DNA of 62,439 nucleotides, filler included, from Globobulimina sp. (Eukaryota): NCBI GenBank assembly GCA_003354225.1. It is 18 parts of 18 records of this genome, joined end to end, with 100 filler letters (N's around TTAATTAATTAA, not from the genome) between each part and the next. Parts side by side here need not be neighbours in the genome. Positions count along the whole stretch, not along the records: positions 55,603 to 58,971 come from PIVH01002962.1; positions 59,072 to 62,439 come from PIVH01002963.1; 16 more parts are not named here. One strand, 5' to 3'. Shown piece by piece: positions 58,586 to 62,439 of this stretch (position 1 is its first letter; each line of letters starts with the position of its first letter). The notes under the pieces were generated by a model. It saw only the letters and a program-made list of their open reading frames with translations, ran no database searches and was not told where the DNA came from. The position numbers and the translations under genes were made by a program.

Positions 58586-58955
58586 ATGTCACAAAGTGCT
58601 AATGAACAAAAAGAAGCAAATCAAAATGATTTGGGCAAGGTACATGTTTACGATTATCGTGGTCAATTGTTAGAAAATGGGCAGGATATGGCATTTGGTT
58701 TGTGCTTTTTTGCAAAACACAAAATATGGCTCTAATGATTTGAAATATTGATGATCAGTGTATGTGACTTCTTGGACTTTTGCGATTACATCGCAGGACA
58801 TTAAAGTTAAAGATATTCAATCCATTTTGGTTAAGAATGGTTCAGTGAATGGAGACAAAATAAAATCATTCAGACGAGAAATACAATCAAAAGCTTTATC
58901 TCCAGAAGCAAAGATAAGAAGAGGAGAGACTGTCTTATTATTTAGACAACTATAA
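58586..58955 (+). CDS. Small hypothetical protein (~100 aa); intron 58698-58758
   Basis: A GT-AG intron joins MSQSANEQK...DMAF to VYVTSWTF...GETVLLFRQL in frame. Confidence 0.5.
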
Positions 58956-59170
58956 AATTGCATTGTTGATTNNNNNNNNNNNNNNNNNNNNNNNNNNNNN
59001 NNNNNNNNNNNNNNNTTAATTAATTAANNNNNNNNNNNNNNNNNNNNNNNNNNNNNNNNNNNNNNNNNNNNTTTTTTCGGCAGAAACAGTCGTGTAATAT
59101 CATAAAAACAAGTGTCCAATCTCAGCCATTACATATTAAATTTATTTACCATCTCGAAAAATTAACATAT

Positions 59171-60961
59171 ATGTGGTTGTACTCGTATTTTATTGCTGGA
59201 TTTATTGTTAGCTTTGGTTTCTTTATGTGGCTGATTGCAATTTATAATATAAAACATATTTGGTTTAGCACTTTCTACACGTTCTACAAAATAGGAACCG
59301 CACCGTATCTCATTCTGATTATGCCGTCATTTTACCCATTTATAATATTATGCAAAATGTGGAAGTCATTGACACCAATTCTAAAGCCGCAGTTATCGGC
59401 AATTAATGATGATATTATGAGGTCACATAATAATTATAATGAAAATGAATTTGATTTTATGTTTGCTGTCTTTCAAGCTGTTATTGCTGACATTTCCTAT
59501 GTCGTATTTTGGAGTAAATTATATTGCATAACAATGCTTTTTATGTTGCCAGTACCAACATTGATGACTGTGAGTGTAATGACAACCGTTATTGCCGCAT
59601 TTACAAAGAATAACCAAATTTCCATAATACTTATTCTGAGCATAATTAATTTTATGCTATTTTGCTGTTCATTATTTTGTATAATTGGTTTATGGTTCAA
59701 ATCGCAAAAATTATCCAATATTCTTTGCAAATATCTGAAGAAATATGACAACTTTAAAAGTGAGAATGATAGACATATTCGAAGGAATTCATACATTGCT
59801 GACCAACAACAAAATGAATGCGTTCGAATTCAATTTGACAGCAATAACATTATTATCAAGGATGGACATTTTAAATCAATATCATTCAACCAACAAAAGC
59901 AGAGTTTACAAGTTGGAATGTTGGACATTGAGCAGTTTGATATGGATATCGATGTTAATCTGTTTGTTTCACATAAATGTTGTAATGGCGTAACAGCGCA
60001 TTGTATGTGGCGCAAAATGCGATTTTCTTGTAGCTATTTTGTAAAATATTGGAAAAGACATTCATTTTGGCTGCAAAATCTGATATTAATTATTTCTTGT
60101 TTGGCCACCTGTATTTGTGTAGGCGTTGAAGTGAACAAATTATTTTACACACATTCATTAAATACATTGTATGATATGGCCATCGTTTGGACAGTGATTA
60201 TCTTTATATTTCTCGTCTCGATCTGTGGTGTTTGCATATCCGTTGCGACCATAACATTGGAATACTTTGAGAAACACAATAAAATAAAGAAATGGTATTC
60301 GTCGGATAAAGATTTCCGAGCAATGTGCGTCATAAAAACCATATTATTTCAATTTAAACAGCCGTTAATTTGGTATTTTAGTCATAGTGTATGGTCCTAT
60401 ATATTTCGGATTTTATCATTCTTAACATTGATAACCATCGCCTATCTAACATACAATAATAAATTTATAAAACTAAGCATTTTTTTACCCGTCAAATATC
60501 CAAAAATATTTATGTTTTCCTATCTTATCTCGTATGTAATAACCAACTTATTTTGTAGCATGATTGTAATTATTGGTATTATATTTGCGCAGCATCAGTA
60601 TAATGCAAATATTTCCATCTATGACAATTATCAATATATCAATTGGTTCAACATGGTCTATCTGCCCTTTTTGTGGTTGTATGCGTGCAAGTTATTCAAC
60701 AATGAAATTGCGAGATTAATATCGTTGTTGAAACATCAAAATTTAAAATATGAAATAATATTAAATAAAAAAAATAAAGCACAAAATCAATTTCATTGCA
60801 AATCCATTTCATTAAAAATCAAATCATGTTTAGGAAATGTGTCTCATTTTGCAAATCAAATAGTTTTGCAATGCATTGTGTTTATTATCATTTATTCATT
60901 TTTAATTATTCGCATTTCTGTCAGAGCGGTGTTTCAATATCCACTTCCACTGTTTTTCTGA
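59171..60961 (+). CDS. Multi-pass membrane protein of unknown function (probably 5' truncated)
   Basis: 596-aa ORF with about ten hydrophobic segments in two blocks; no family recognised. Confidence 0.6.
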   Translation: MWLYSYFIAGFIVSFGFFMWLIAIYNIKHIWFSTFYTFYKIGTAPYLILIMPSFYPFIILCKMWKSLTPILKPQLSAINDDIMRSHNNYNENEFDFMFAVFQAVIADISYVVFWSKLYCITMLFMLPVPTLMTVSVMTTVIAAFTKNNQISIILILSIINFMLFCCSLFCIIGLWFKSQKLSNILCKYLKKYDNFKSENDRHIRRNSYIADQQQNECVRIQFDSNNIIIKDGHFKSISFNQQKQSLQVGMLDIEQFDMDIDVNLFVSHKCCNGVTAHCMWRKMRFSCSYFVKYWKRHSFWLQNLILIISCLATCICVGVEVNKLFYTHSLNTLYDMAIVWTVIIFIFLVSICGVCISVATITLEYFEKHNKIKKWYSSDKDFRAMCVIKTILFQFKQPLIWYFSHSVWSYIFRILSFLTLITIAYLTYNNKFIKLSIFLPVKYPKIFMFSYLISYVITNLFCSMIVIIGIIFAQHQYNANISIYDNYQYINWFNMVYLPFLWLYACKLFNNEIARLISLLKHQNLKYEIILNKKNKAQNQFHCKSISLKIKSCLGNVSHFANQIVLQCIVFIIIYSFLIIRISVRAVFQYPLPLFF

Positions 60962-61421
60962 AAAAACAAATAGACAAACATTATATTTACTGTTTAACCA
61001 CTACTTTTTATGTAAACACAGTGTAGTTGAATATTGTTTTATTTGTTAGGCAAAACATGGGGTACCCGAAAAATTTTTGATACGAATTGATTTCTTAAAG
61101 GCTTTGTCCCAACATATATTCACAGTCATATTGTTATTCACAGTCATCTGTAAAACAAACAATATCAGTAAAAAATATTAATATATAAGGAAAACTACAC
61201 AACACAAATATAGAGAAAAACGATTTTTACACTTTATAAAAAAAACCACAAAGAGGAATGGAATACAATACATCAATGTGTTACAACACAAACCAAATGA
61301 ACGCGAATTAAAACACAAAATACAAAAACTATATTTAATACAACAAAGTACATATTATGTTATGTAAATTGGTAAACAAAGAAAAGAAAAGAAATTTTGC
61401 CGTAAAAAACAGTTGTTATAT

Positions 61422-62439
61422 TTAATTTTGCGTTTGGTTTTCAGTTTGTTGATGTTTTTTTTTATGCAACCAATATTTATTAATTTGGATGCAAATATTT
61501 AGAAATATACCATCTAATTTACCACACAATGTCGAATATACACGGCCACTGAAATTAAACTGCAAATACAACATAAATGAAGTGATAACAGTGTCAAATG
61601 CAGGCAATAAGAAATCCCATATGGCAGCGGTATCGATTGTGTCTTTTCCAATTGTTTGTAATTCGTGAACTTCAATAAAGACATTGCCGATCACACTCAA
61701 TATTGAAGACATTACACATACAACAACCAACAAAGTCATTTTATTCATAACATGCACCAATTCAATTACAGCCGGATCATCCATAACCACTTTGTTTAAT
61801 GATAATTTTGGAGCATCCGCACATGGCTTGGACTTGCATGGTATGGATGGTATCGAATATACACTGACTTCGAGCTCAACATCGACATCTTTATCATCAT
61901 CAACCTTTTCTTCTTCCTTCTTCTTTTCAATATTACTCATATTATAGGCAGAACTGCTCAGTGTTATGCCGTCAAATAAACTTAATTCGGATTTGGGTTG
62001 TTTGGAATTGGAAATAGAGTTTGAGGAAAAAGAACTTTTCAAAGTTATCTTTAATAAGTTATACAGTCTGGATATGAATAGATATAATAACCAGATACAC
62101 ATTATTTCGATTAATATCTCCCACACAATTTCGCAAACAATAATAACATAAACACCATCATCTCGAATTATGTCAATACTAATAATGAGGATTGACATAA
62201 ATGATAACAAAAACAAACAAATGTATGTATATCGTGTCAGTGTTGAAGAATAACTAAAAATTGAATTTCCAAACGCAATTTGAAAGCGGATAACAAACAC
62301 TGTCAACATAGCCAAATGACCAAACGAATCGCATATCACTATCATATATTGGATCTGTTTAAATGACGAAGAATAGAAATGATGCAATGGGTTAGAATCT
62401 GGATGGACTTCGTGCCCATCGATCAATATGACTTGAATG
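61422..62439 (-). CDS. 7TM/GPCR-like orphan membrane protein with a long S/E/K-rich loop before the last two helices (5' truncated)
   Basis: Five visible TM helices. Motifs VFVIRF, LLYLFISRL, KMTLLV and MLYLQF...Y-x-x-LC. Paralogous to 3479-3943. Confidence 0.6.
   Translation of the reverse strand, partial: IQVILIDGHEVHPDSNPLHHFYSSSFKQIQYMIVICDSFGHLAMLTVFVIRFQIAFGNSIFSYSSTLTRYTYICLFLLSFMSILIISIDIIRDDGVYVIIVCEIVWEILIEIMCIWLLYLFISRLYNLLKITLKSSFSSNSISNSKQPKSELSLFDGITLSSSAYNMSNIEKKKEEEKVDDDKDVDVELEVSVYSIPSIPCKSKPCADAPKLSLNKVVMDDPAVIELVHVMNKMTLLVVVCVMSSILSVIGNVFIEVHELQTIGKDTIDTAAIWDFLLPAFDTVITSFMLYLQFNFSGRVYSTLCGKLDGIFLNICIQINKYWLHKKKHQQTENQTQN

Noticed and set aside
3379-59071. Regularly spaced TTAATTAATTAA motif as a biological repeat or array
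   Set aside because: It is always centred in exactly 88 Ns and separates size-sorted contigs, so it is an artificial linker. ORFs in the track that end in X-runs, 'LIN' or 'N' are truncation artefacts.

Overview
This window is not one continuous locus. It is 18 unrelated ~3.37-kb contigs, sorted by decreasing length (3378 to 3368 nt) and joined by 17 identical 100-nt artificial linkers (N44-TTAATTAATTAA-N44). The DNA is eukaryotic, AT-rich and gene-dense. It has short GT-AG introns (57-183 nt) and uses the standard code. The gene families suggest a rhizarian protist, probably a foraminiferan; this is an inference and needs phylogenetic confirmation. Recognisable genes include RPS13, RPS2, a VPS9 GEF, a RasGEF, a TRRAP/Tra1 fragment, leishmanolysin (M8), a GH47 mannosidase, an HPAT/SGT-like glycosyltransferase, a PX sorting nexin, TLC, ankyrin, VTT and HPP proteins, a 7TM-RGS protein and a decayed Ty3/Gypsy element. 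Many genes carry single-base indels in homopolymer runs, and some contigs look chimeric. The best candidate for an undescribed system is a multi-copy family present in 3 of the 18 contigs. These large proteins end in an ADP-ribosyltransferase-like domain with an unusual Y[H/Q]G...STT...ExE signature and carry swappable N-termini, two of which start MGN. Other notable items are a Cys-substituted, MIDAS-less vWA family, a nested foldback element with a TSD-flanked structured insert, and a 388-nt satellite with no G on the + strand. No rRNA, tRNA or CRISPR array was seen.
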